From: Acanthaster planci
Taxonomy: Eukaryota
DNA length: 64,000 bases
Assembly: GCF_001949145.1 (NCBI RefSeq)
Contig: NW_019091359.1
Coordinates: 3,832,460 to 3,896,459 of the forward strand
Direction: 5' to 3'
Shown here: positions 26,285 through 38,757 of the stretch, in pieces
Layout: every line of letters begins with the position of its first letter
Numbering within the stretch: position 1 is the stretch's first letter
The notes under the pieces: model-generated
What the model was told of the DNA's origin: nothing
The model's input: only the letters and a program-made list of their open reading frames with translations
Databases searched by the model: none
Program-made: the position numbers and the translations under genes

Positions 26285-28886
26285 TTGTACATAGGTTGTA
26301 TTGATTTACAGAACCTGATTGCATAGGGTTTTAGTTTCAGAACCAATTCCCAAAGACACCGATTCATTTGTTTGATGGGGGAAGTTCAACTGTACATAGT
26401 GGTTTTAAAAACATGTGTATTCATAGTAGTAGGTCCTAAAAATTCAATGCCAAGAGGCGCCAGCATGTACGGTATACATGTTCACGTATGCAGTGGTACC
26501 GTACATAAATAGTGTACATGTACCGATACATGTACTGAATGTAAGCCCGTGGTCACTGACCAATCCATATCACTGGTATACATGTAAATGGTACTGACAC
26601 AAATATAACAGACCAACACTCTCTGTCAAATCAGAGTCCAGCTGCATAGGAAATGAAAGCTGTACAATGTTCTTTCATCAACAGAGGGCGGTATGCCAAA
26701 CTAGCAGAAGATGCCTCTCTTATACATGAGCCATACAGGTACATGTAGAAGGTACATGTACATGTACACAGGACCTGTGGTTCACATCCAGGGACGCCAA
26801 TAGTGCATAACTGCATGTACATCCTATGGCTAACAACTTGACCCCTATTGACCCCACTCATACCTCACATACCAACAGCTGAACAGGGGCACCCATTACC
26901 TATTGTCAGGAATAGCAATATATTTTCTTTTTAACAAACAGAAATACTGGAGTTTGACCACTAATGAATGGCTGAAATGTTACATGTACATTCACATTCA
27001 TTCTGTCATTAACATGCTAAATTCATTATTCTGCCACAGATCAAATGCTGATATCAAATGTAGATGTAGTCTAATTTTTTTAAGCATATTCACTCAATGC
27101 TGGTGTTAATGATTAATTTCATGTTACGGGAAGGATCTGCATTTTTTTCAAACTCTAAACTTCAACTGCAGTTATTTTGTCATTCAAAACCTGGAAATAA
27201 ATTCTGTGTGGAAACAGCCTGTCTTGAAAATGGCATTAAAAGATTAATTCAATTACCCTTATTATTGATACAATTGGGTACGTCACACAGCACAGTAATT
27301 GGCAATATTCCTCACAGATTAGGTTGGTCAAACCAACAATAGATGCAGTATAGGTCAGAGACTTGGTGAAGGGGTATCAGTTTGAAATTTAAAAAACCAA
27401 TAAATTGATCTTCACTGTGCCAAGTTGCAGAGTAGCCTTTTTTCTATTTATGCTTTAAAATGGGATTTAAAAAAGAGGAAACTCTCTCAAATTTTTACCA
27501 AATGTGTTTAATTTCTATTTCCATTTCCAAATAACAGATTAATATGACAAAGAGAGAAGTGAAATGGAAATTATGGAATTCAAAGGCACACCTGACGTGT
27601 TGTACTGTGCAAGTAGTTTGTTGATTGACGACTTGGGGTATGAACTTGCATTTGAAACTGTAGAAAACCTACCGGTAAAAACCAGCCTAACACAGATGCA
27701 CACAAATGTACACTGATTTATGTACAATGAGTTCAAACAGTATTACACTGACAAGAAGTGGACATGTAGTACTGGTACATGTAAAGGATCATAAGCTTTA
27801 ATAATTTTAATCTTGTACACCTGCTCTATGGGTATCTGTTTCCCACCCCCCCCATAACGCAATGCATAACCCAACCAAAACTACATAGTAAATTTACCCA
27901 GTCTATTCAAAGTGTACATCTTCCTTCAAGTGCAGGTATATGTACCAACACACATTACACAGACACAGCTTTTAGGAGAGAGGGTGGGGAAGGCGTGGGG
28001 TGGAGAATGGAGGGGGAAGAGGGTCAGGTGTACTGGGTCAACAACTCCCTGATATCTAGACAAGGGCGTCAACTTGGGTGGTAATGGGTTGTAATATGGC
28101 TTCCTTCCCACGGCGACAGGGGCGCCAGCAAGTGTCTACACACCCAGCCAGACAGAGGGGCCTTGAAGTCGTGATGTCTTGTCCACGTTGCAATTAAAAA
28201 CCAATACTTTTAAGTAGCAGCGGCCAGGGTTGGTGGGAGTACTTGACTCAACCATTCAGAAACTCTTTGCATATGTATTTTTCTTTTCTTCAGGAGGGGG
28301 GTGTCTTGGCTGATGCTTTTCATTCCAATAAATCATAATTTTTGTCATGAAAAAAAATATACTACCTACATGTAAATTAACGCAGACCTTATGTGAGTGA
28401 TATTGAGAAATTACATGTACATTGTAAATGTGAGAAATTTCAAGCAGCATGTTAACCAAAGTCTGCTTGAAGGCTTTAAATTTTGGCAATGATCCAAAAC
28501 AGTACACATACTGGTAGCAATGTGTTATTTGTGTGCTTAAAGGTCACTGACAATCCAATGTTTTATTGTGCAGTACCTACATGTACATGTATCTGTCCAG
28601 ACACCAGACTTAATGAAGGATTGGCAGAGTGTAACACTGCAGTGAATCAGCTTCCTGGATTGCCCAATTGGTGTGATCTCAGATACTGTAAGTTCTGCTC
28701 TAAACCCTTAATTCCTTAAGCTATTACTTCCAACACAGGAGCACGCTCAGCAAGACTTTTTTCATTTAAATGATGAAGTGATGCCCACGTGCCAATGTGC
28801 CCTCATGGATCAAAGGATTTGATTATCTTTGGCTTTTTCAAGGCATTTTCCCTCCTTTTTTATTGTTATTAATCCAATATAATAAT

Positions 28887-30783
28887 CAGTGCTGAAGGTC
28901 TCGAGGTGGGCCTCAACCTTGAGGCCGGTTTTTCAAAACTTTGGTCTTGGCCTCCCTACGCAATGACTCGGTTTTGGTGTTGCCTTGGCACCCTCTGGAC
29001 TCGAAGAACCAGTCGAGGCCAGTTCGAGGCCGCCCGTTTTGAGTCAGTTTTCTTAGCTTTTACTCCCCCCCCCAAATATTATAATGGCAAAGAACTTGCA
29101 ACATGCATGTGCTGAGGGCACGGATCATGATTGTGTACAACCACATGGTACGGAACATAGACTCCCTAATGATGCAATGCAACTAAATAGTTTTTTATCC
29201 CCAGAAAACATACTTATTTTCATTGATTATTGTGCAAAAAGCAAAAAGGATAGCTTTTCTGTAGCGAAGAAATTTGGTCAGATTTCTGATTCACACTTTG
29301 ACATTTTTAACAGTTTATCACAGAAGCAAAAAATTGACAAAACTTTACAGGGAGATAGGTCATTCACTATGTGTGATTCGAAATACTTTCGTCATACTTC
29401 AACACAACAGTCACATAAACCTTTGCATTTACATGTAATGTCTGTTTAATCAAAATGACTTTTAGAGTTTCCATTTGGTTAAAATTGGCCAAAAACCTGA
29501 ACACATATTTTTTCTTTATAGTTTCAGATCGCACATTATTTACACGCAAATAAGTTGCGAACTCAACAACATGTACATGGACAAACTAGAAATGTATGTG
29601 ACGTAATGGGTTCATTAACTGTGCAGTGCAAGGATAGTATCGTTGATACTCACTCCACAACTGGAAAAGTCAAGTCAAAATTTACGCGAGTTCTACTTTG
29701 TAATTCATTGGAATTCTTATTTATGAAACATTTTCTCTGAATTAAGAAATTCTTCATAAGAAACTCAGCTTCTTAAAGTGGTTCTGGCAGCAAAATGGAT
29801 TTCTCGCACAGTTACTATTTATTTGTGAAGAAGTTTTAATAGCGATTCAGAACTGGTTAAACTGATCCAGAACAAGGAAAAGTGTCCTTGTCACTTTCGT
29901 CGATCCTGTGAGTCCAAATTTAAAGCTAAGATTTTGAAAACAATTCGGTAGTATTTCTAAGACACACAAAGTGGACTACAGACCACATTTTACCGAAATG
30001 TGAGGATTTTTTGTAGCTGCAATCTGACTGAATAATTAGCGTGATCTGGAACTAGTAAAACGACTGATTATCATTTTCGGAAGCACTCCTGATTTTTTCT
30101 TTCATTTCTCATTGAAAAATGGTTACATTCACTCACAAATTTATTTGGTTCCACTGCAGGACTTTTTGGGCAACTGTGCAACTACATTGTATCTGTGAAC
30201 TTCCAACTGTCTTATTTGATTTTGTTTGGGGATTAATAGCCCGCATTTAAGCCTTACTTCTTGCGATCTTGCTTTTACAACTGAAAATATTAAGAAAATT
30301 ATTTTGTGGGGAATTTTATGTATTGAGAGCAATTAAACTTTTTATAATTTTCACATTTGTGATGGCGGGGGGACTCCATACTCTTACTTTGTTGAAAGAA
30401 GTATAAAAATTGAACTTTGCAAAACCTGCCAAACAAGAGGTAATTATGCCCATTTGGATTTGTTTATTAGGTTGTTTAGTGTTAAACTGAAAGTAACTAA
30501 TCAATAAAACATAGCACTTAGTTATTTTTCTTAGACAAAATAATTGGGGGTATTGTCATGTCGTGTACAACAGTTTTTTTGTGGATCTACATGTAGATGA
30601 ATCTTGTGTGCCAGCCAACAGTGCCAAAGTAGTTTTGTTATACATGTATTGGTGTGATAACTGGTCTTGGAGACTGTGGTCTCAGCCTCGCATAGCAGAG
30701 ATTCAGTCTTGGCCTTGGCCTCGGAGACCCTGGACTTGGACTCGGCCTTAGCCTGAAGGTTGTGGACTGGACTCCAACGGCTG
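28887..30783. mobile_element. ~1.9-kb non-autonomous hAT-type DNA transposon
   Basis: Degenerate CAG...CTG ends with arrays of GGCCTC/GGTCTTGG/GACTCGG subterminal repeats at both ends. An identical 8-bp ATAATAAT flanks it (28879-28886 and 30784-30791). No transposase ORF. Confidence 0.65.
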
Positions 30784-33699
30784 ATAATAATCCAATAAAA
30801 GTAGAGGTGTAAAGTCTGCCAAATCCGGCAAGAGAAAAATTTATTCACTGCTAAGAGCAACGTCCAATACTATGTGCACATGTATTTCTTGTTATAAATG
30901 CACTTGCCAGAATAAACCCTGTCATCTAATTGGTCAGTCAGATTGTGTGTCATTTAATTACACATTGTTTGAATGCAAGGCATAATCGTATACATGTACA
31001 TGTATCAAAGCCAAAGCACAAAAATGAAAAGTTCTAATCCATGGTATGCATTAGGTAGAATACAGTACATAACATGTAATGGATGACAGCACAAAATTTC
31101 TGAACTTGTGATGGGTAGGTAGCGCAAACATTTATTCAGGCATAGATTTCCATTGAATAAAACAACACTGTTAAGTACATGTACATGTACATACTGGGGT
31201 ATATCATTTAAGCAATCATGCAATGACAAGAATTGTTATGACCACTGCAAGCAATTATAAACATTCTTCATTTGTATTTGGATATTACTGGTAGTTTGGT
31301 TGCTGCAACCATGCAACGATGCATGGGACTTCAGAGCTTCATTTACTATCTCACTGCAAAGAAAATGTTCAACCCATTGATTAACTTTCCATCAACATGG
31401 GGCTGAATTATCAAATGACTCCCATTGAACCAAATCTCTTTTACCTGATAGTGAATCTTTTCTTCTCATGAGGCTTGTCCTTTTAATATTTGCTGACTGG
31501 AACTTGTGCGATAAAGCTGTTGAGTCTAATTTTCCTTCAACTGCCCAAAACTGAGCCAGTCTGCAGATAATACAAAGGCAGCTGCTGGACTGATTAGGTG
31601 CAGTTATGGTCGCAAAGTGATTTCACAACAGTCAACCTGTATTCATCATGGTTTTCACCATCTTTAGGATCTACATGTAGCAATATCTCAAGTTTGTTCC
31701 CTATTCTGTCACATGTACATGTTTTACCCTTTTCTCATGACATTTCATGCACACACAGTAAGGATCCTGAAAATTCACTTGAATACCATTACCATCCAGG
31801 TCTCTGAAGTTCCCACACTTGGCATCTCTTCAAATATCTGTGTAAATGAAGATTTTGGAGCCATGCCGCCTTAATGAAAAAACCAAATTGACAGCTTGCC
31901 CATAACAACCAACGAATTGTGACTGGGGTGATGACACAGCCAATTCACGAAGGAATTGCACTCACTGACAAAATATCACTTTTTGAGGTAACAAGGTTCT
32001 TAGAAAAACATCTGTAACTGGAGTATCTGAACAGTAAAGGAATTGTAAGATTTTCCAATGTGCTAAGTCAGTAGTTCTTTTTAGGACACAAGTTTCAAAC
32101 TGAGTTTCTCGTTTCGGATATTTGGCAGGTGGTAATATGATATTAATGATGTTCAGCGGCTAGATTGGCTGCTTTCCAATCAAAGTTGGAGAGTGAATTC
32201 ATAACCCCTCAAAAAGTGAAACATCAAAACCTGTGTCCTTGCTCTATGATCAAAATAACAATGACTCATAGTCATACACAATTTAGTAAATGACAGCCTG
32301 AGCATGAAACCTTCCAAAGAGGGTGTTTGCATGAAAGATCTTACACTTGCTTTCACTTCATAATGTACAAACCAGGTCTGTGTTAATCGTTCTATCAAGG
32401 TGTAAATATTTCACATGAAATGCATGTATACTAGTGCTATAGATGTACTCACATCATGTACCACGTTAATCACTGTAGCACTCTTCAGTCAGTTGAAAAC
32501 AACATCTAGCCGAGTATAACAAACCAGCACAATCAACTCTTTGTTACGTACAGTGTACATGTACATCCACCACTACATGACAATGGGTACGCAGCACGAA
32601 TAGCATATTTCAACATACTGTAATTTACTCAAACCATATAAAGAAAGACTGTATTTCCTTCCTCTATGTTCATACTGTACACTGTATGTGATGAATGGAT
32701 TTTGCTACCATTACTAGCTAGTATACAATGCATGAACACAGTACCTTCAGTATACATGTACTTGATCTTTACTCTAATACATGTAAATGTTATGCAGTGT
32801 ACTTCAGTGGGGTGAACAAAATGTACATGTACATGTATGTAAATTACACATGTACAGTACTGTATGCTGTGACCTACAATTAAGCAAATGGATATTCGGA
32901 TTACATGTAGTTGACTTCATTTCATCTCCTACCGGTACATGTATGCAGCAACAACATTACTACATTATGTCTGTATTCCATTATAACATCTGTCCATGCA
33001 TATGTACATTTATCACCCTGTAAAATTGTGGCTTTTTAATTGCATAACCATTGTCCAAATATCAACATAAATTTATATTGACAGAGGAAACATCTTGGAA
33101 ATGAACTTACTCCTGAGACAGCACTGATGTTGTTTCCTTCTTGAATAATCAAAGCGATAACGACCTTTGAACATACATACATGTACATGTACTGGTTTCA
33201 AGATTCTGCTAACATAAAACTACATGGAATGTCAACAAAGAAAGACACCTACATGTATGGCACAGAAAACAACAAAGTCTTAAAAAGTGTTATCTCTTGG
33301 TCTGTCTTCAGTCTACTCAAGGAATTTGCCTGGATTAGGGAACTGGTGAGCCACTTTACATCGTATTATGCAATTTAACCATGCAGCTACAAAAATACCA
33401 GTAGCTCCAATGTTCAACGAAGTAAAATTTCCACAGCATACAGATAATTATTAATGTAAAAAACCTACTGCGGGACAGAATGCTGATTCCCACTTCAGTG
33501 GTTGTGTACAAGGTCTATGAGGAGTCAGTCACAAAAATTTTGTTTCCTTACAAAATAAAAAAAATTTCTCAGTCTCAGATTTGTGTCTTTTTTGCATTTC
33601 TGCAATGACTGGCCTTTATTGAGATGATATATGATGAAAAAGTGGAGGCAGGATGTAACGTTCTTTCTCCTGTGGTATCAAGGCAAATACTTCCAACAA

Positions 33700-34900
33700 A
33701 AAACTAATAGGCCTACGTACACCGTAGCTAGGCGTATGTAGTCTAGAAAAACTCCAGGTGTACACGTAGGCCCCATGATAGAATAGTTGCATTCCATTCT
33801 GAGTGGTAGCCTGATACAATTATGCCAGGCATGAACAGTGATGAGGAATGTTATTTTATTGACGTCGTAGGACCATGGTAGGACTATGTTAAATAAATTA
33901 TCTCAACTCAAGGCCTATAGCCTACAGGACTGAATGCTATCACCGAGACACAATAGCAACGGTATGTCATTTGTCTGCGTATCGTAAGCGCTTTTTTAAT
34001 TCACAATGGCAATCCGGCCGAGCGTGCATGTACAGTACCTTGAAGCACATGTCTCGTTGTTATGTCGTTGTGTATAAGACACCAAGTGAAGAAAAAATGG
34101 ACATAAAAATTCTACTCACTACCTGCAGGCCGGTCTGTTTCTACCATGGTTGCTGCACGAGAAAGCACATCCAATGGGGTTTCCATGCTGCGGGAATTTT
34201 GTGGGCGGTTTGTGAATCGATTAGAATCTCCAGTAGTAGCAGTAGTACGTGAACAAGCGTTGGTTACCGAAAATCCACAGCAACGCAAGGTGTCAGTTCA
34301 CTCAAACATTTCACCACCAAAACCGATCATGAAACTGACCCCTGCAACCCAGCAAAATGCAGCCAATTGATAAAGAAATCAATTCCACAGATGTATCTTC
34401 CAAGCTTGCCGCCGATAGGCGTTTTTACTACCGTTCGTCCTGGAAAAATTTGGCAGTTTCTGCGCTCCAGTAGCGGATTCGATCGCCTCATGCGCCGATC
34501 AAACAAGTTGCAATGAATGGAAAATATGTTAGGAATGAAGGTATGCACCTCAGGTGGAACGTTCTATTCCACGCGGGGATCCCTGGTCTGAAAAGCTTTG
34601 AGGGACATCATGTTTAATAATAAACACTGCATGTGATACAGTTACACACAAAATAAATAGATTCCAAACCTAATTCAGTCAATATTATTAATGACTGGTC
34701 TATATTTGTTTGTATATTAAAGTATTTATTGCAGCATGGAAAACCGGAATAATTACGATTAAAACCCTGAAAACGACAACCATTCCATTCCAGAATGGTA
34801 TGGGCTTGTGGCTGTTGAAAAAAGAGCGAAGGGTAAATCACAAGGGCCTCCCGAAAGAAAAAAATTCCAATGCTGAACTTTTGTATTGACCCAACGCGTG
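33700..34900 (-). promoter_or_regulatory. CpG-rich promoter/5'UTR region of VGLL4 with TEAD (MCAT) motifs
   Basis: CpG is visibly elevated relative to the introns. GGGCGG at 34203; CATTCC/GGAATG at 33790, 33845, 34532, 34781 and 34786. Confidence 0.55.
34120..34186 (-). CDS. VGLL4: VGLL4 first coding exon
   Basis: METPLDVLSRAATMVETDRPAG matches the conserved VGLL4 N-terminus METPLDVLSRAA. Kozak context agcATGG with an upstream in-frame stop. Donor is GTGAGT (exon end 34120) or GTAGTG (exon end 34123), both phase 1. Confidence 0.92.
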
Positions 34901-36374
34901 CAGTGCACCTGTCCTAATCCAGTACGGGCTCTCTTCCACTGCTGGTTTTCAGAGGCAGAATGTTCAAATTACGGTGTACCCTTTAAAAATATATTAATTA
35001 CGTATGCAACTGAAGCACTTGCATCGTGATCTAGTTTGCTTTGAACAACTAGTACTAATAGCCAGTGTTAACTGCTTAAAGTCTCGCGAGTAAGTTGATC
35101 GCCAAGCAGTTCTACTAGAGTGGATACTTTCTGCCCACCCCTAAGCAAAATAAACCTTTATCATTTACTAATTTCAGCAGTTTTTAATGACTTTTCTTCA
35201 TGAGTATTTCCTTTTTTATTTCGGAAGAGTGTTGTGTAACAATATTAATTATATAAACAAGGTCACGGAACAAGCTCATCAGTATTTTCTTTGCTGTTTA
35301 CTAGTTTGAAGTTTATTTTTCAGGTCTGCCTGCGACAGTTAACTGCATGGTCTTTAATTCAACAATGAATCAAACAACCTCCATGCTATTCCCTTTACCA
35401 TCTCGGTTATTTGATAGTTGGGTACGTTTGCGATTCCCTCTATTTAAACCCATTCCCTACCTATGAATCACACTCAGTTTTGTTTCCTATGCAAAAATAT
35501 TACCATAGTTCCTGGTATGACTGCAGTAAAAATATTGTGACTGGGCAAAAACTGAAAGTAGCAGACATGGAAACAGGGTGGCGATGGTAAAATAAAAGAT
35601 GATTCTATTATGCAATGGTATACCAAAACTCTAGGCAGGAGTCACGCGCCTCAATGGGTAGGGTCACAAATTCTTCCTGCCCCGAACGAGGGCGCTCTTG
35701 TGTTGTACGATAGCACAGAGCTTGCCGGAGTAAAATTTTATCCCCTTTTCTTTCCAGCCATTCGTCCTGCACCGTTGACGGATCCAAGTGGATGGCAAAC
35801 GGCGCCACTCCGACTTTCAGCACAGGTCAAAAGGCAAAGGGTTTGCTTTAAAACAAAAAAAGATGTTAGATGTTTTTCCCATCTGTAGGCTCGATATCCG
35901 TTATCCACTTCCCGTAGGGACACGCTAGCAATTAGTCCTTAATCCCACTGACTGTGAAGGGGGGGTTCTCTCTTTCGATGGGGGCCAACCCCCTCCCCAC
36001 TTTTTTCAGGCCTAATAAGGCGGGGCCAAGGGTTCAGGCTTTTAATGGCTGATGTCTGATGGTCTCACAAGTGCCCCCTCGCCACTTTAAAAGCTGCGTA
36101 TACGTGTAATTGATTGTTCAGGTTCACACTTTTGTTTCAATGTGTCTAGACGGGTGTATTTAGGAATTAATGAGTGCTTTTTTCAGCTCTATTTGTTGGC
36201 AGATACAAAAAATCGGTAACGGTAAGAATACTTCTGTCACCTCATGAAATTATTCTTACCATTCGTTATTTGCATACTATTGATGGGTAACTTATCAGAT
36301 GGAATATAACTCAGATCTAGAAGGGAAAATACTTGAAACAGGCCCAAGGTCTAAGAAAAACCCCATAGGCCTAC

Positions 36375-36377
<3 letters not shown>

Positions 36378-36422
<45 letters not shown>

Positions 36423-36432
36423 NNNNNNNNNN

Positions 36433-36476
<44 letters not shown>
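36378..36476. repeat. (CT)n/(GA)n microsatellite containing a 10-N assembly gap
   Basis: Direct inspection; Ns at 36423-36432. Confidence 0.98.
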
Positions 36477-36479
<3 letters not shown>

Positions 36480-37568
36480 TGTATTTCGAAAGGTAGATAA
36501 ATCCCTACCCTGGTGGCAACCCCCGGTTATGGAAGTATCCACATATTAACTAATATGGTCATAATTTTTTCTTCTCTCAGTGTGCCAATTTGGCAAAGAT
36601 TTCATGTAGTCCTCACCCCAGTCACACACCACAAGCCTTAGACTCCCATTGGTCTGACCCCAACCACTACAGAGTAAGAAGTTTTGAAAGATTAGTATTT
36701 CCAAGACGCCCATGACCGGGAAAATAACCTGGTAGTAACAAAAAATCCACCTTGCAGCTACAATTCTAATTCCACTGCAGCATAATGAAATGTAGTTAGA
36801 GAGGGGACCTGAGTGACGTATTGACAACCATAAAACAGTCGTCCAGGTCCAGGCATGACTGGGAACTCCGGGAAATGATGTGATGATGATTTTCTCCCCG
36901 TGGAGGAAAGGTCCCTCTTTTTTGGCGTTGCGGCTCTGATTACTATTAATTAATTAAAGTGATGATTGGGGTTGGTTACAACAGTGTTTTCAATTTCAAA
37001 GGGAAAAAATTGTTGTAAGCAATCAGTTCTCAATGACAGAATTGTGAAGGAAAGTGACAGATCTGTTTCGTCTGGTGTAGGCACCCTTTGTGTATGATAC
37101 AAGATGATCTTATTCATGTAAGCCAGTATCTCGTCGAAGTTGGACAGTTTCAGTGGTGTTTGGACTCACATGTACGTAATTCACCCTGAGTCCTTTCTTG
37201 CATTTTGATTGAAACAAAATCTCTGGCGCTCTGTGGAACATCGAAGTCAGCCTTTTGTATTAATGACCACCAAGAAGAAAAATGCACACATTATTAAAGG
37301 TCAACCATCTCCGGCTGGAGCCAATCAGTAAAAACCACTGTGCGATCCAGTACGCGCCTTTAAGCAACACTACTGAACATCACGGACAGAAACATTATGC
37401 TATCGAGACAGCAGCGTAACTTTGGTTAAACGTCCCCGGGGAGGGGGCACCTGGGGTGCACGCATATTTTCAAGGGGCTACCACAAGAAAACAAACTGCA
37501 GCTAGCTGCTGTGGTATGTACAAGCCAATCATAATAAGTAGAACTAAAGGGGACGCCAGGCACGTATA

Positions 37569-37745
37569 AAGGCGGCTTTTCCATATGTACGTTGCGTTCA
37601 TGCGTTTTAATTTCACGGACATTCAAATCGACTCCATGAACACAACACACATGTACGTTGCGTTCGGCCGTCAAAATCGCATCGGGAGCGATTTTGACGG
37701 ATACACACATGCACATGTGTTAACTTGCATGAGGAAAGGCACCTT
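37569..37745. mobile_element. Degenerate Harbinger-like MITE with internal perfect hairpin
   Basis: Ends AAGGCGGCTTTTCCATATG and CATGAGGAAAGGCACCTT are roughly complementary. ATGTACGTTGCGTTC occurs twice. A perfect 13-bp stem CCGTCAAAATCGC/GCGATTTTGACGG sits at 37668-37700. Confidence 0.4.
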
Positions 37746-38036
37746 CCTATTACACACGAACAACTTGGAACCGCGTTGACGCGTGCCATGAAACGCGCAC
37801 GAGCGCATGAAACGTGACTTGTATTTAACTTGATCATGACGAACAATCTTTTTAGCAAAGATTTTATAGTGTAGCGGTGCTAGAAGGAGAACTTCACTGT
37901 GAATCTACCCCGAAGCTGAACTGCACCCCAAGTCGGGGAAACAAAGACAAGTGGTTACAATAGCGCCGGGCATCGGCGCTATACAGTCTTTGGTTACAAG
38001 CGGGTTCTTGCACGCGTTCTGCGTGTACACAGAGGT

Positions 38037-38488
38037 CGAGTTCGGGCGGTCCGTTCTTGACACGGGTTTCGTGTTCTCGCGCTCGAACGGCGGGAACACG
38101 ACCAAAGAACACTGTTCTCCGAACAGGATCACACACCACCTCCTCGTCAGGATTTCACACGAATACACGGAAAAACTCGTGAGATTTGATTTTTGAACAG
38201 CCGCAAAAAGTACCGATATGACTTTAAAAAGCCGAAGACAATGGAAAGTTTTGCAAAATTAATATGACCATGACAGAAATGAATTTTTTGAATGGAAAAG
38301 AAGTAAGCCCAGTTATCCAACATTAACTCTCGAAGAATGCACAAGGACGCTGCCATGGTGCATGTTGCTTGCCACAAATAACTACTAGCAGTAATTACCG
38401 GTTGTACATTCCTGGCGTTCGAGCGACCGACCCACGAACAACAAATCGAGCTGTTCGTGAACAAACGAGAACAAGCCGCCCGAACTCG
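38037..38488. repeat. CpG-rich fold-back region with two nested inverted arms
   Basis: CGAGTTCGGGCGG (38037-38049) and CCGCCCGAACTCG (38476-38488) pair perfectly. CGCTCGAACGGCGGGAA (38080-38096) and TTCCTGGCGTTCGAGCG (38409-38425) pair at 15/17. Confidence 0.65.
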
Positions 38489-38757
38489 GCCAAAGACCAT
38501 ACATGCCAGAATAAATTAGTGACGCGTATACTCAGCGTGCTTCGTGCCAAACGCGCATATGCTTGCGCGCCTAATGGCGCACCAATGGGGTGAGCATTGA
38601 TCTCCATTATCCGCTCCGACGGGAACAAAAGAGGGCGTGTTTTTTCGTATTTTGACAAGAATGATATAAAATCAGTGCTCTCATGTTTCAACGCACTGAT
38701 TTTATATTATATTCTTGTCAATATTCTGATCACGGTGCTACGCAGCCCTTCCATATT

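Noticed and set aside
36299..36542. LS-/RE-repeat ORFs
   Set aside because: Translation of the (CT)n microsatellite across an assembly gap
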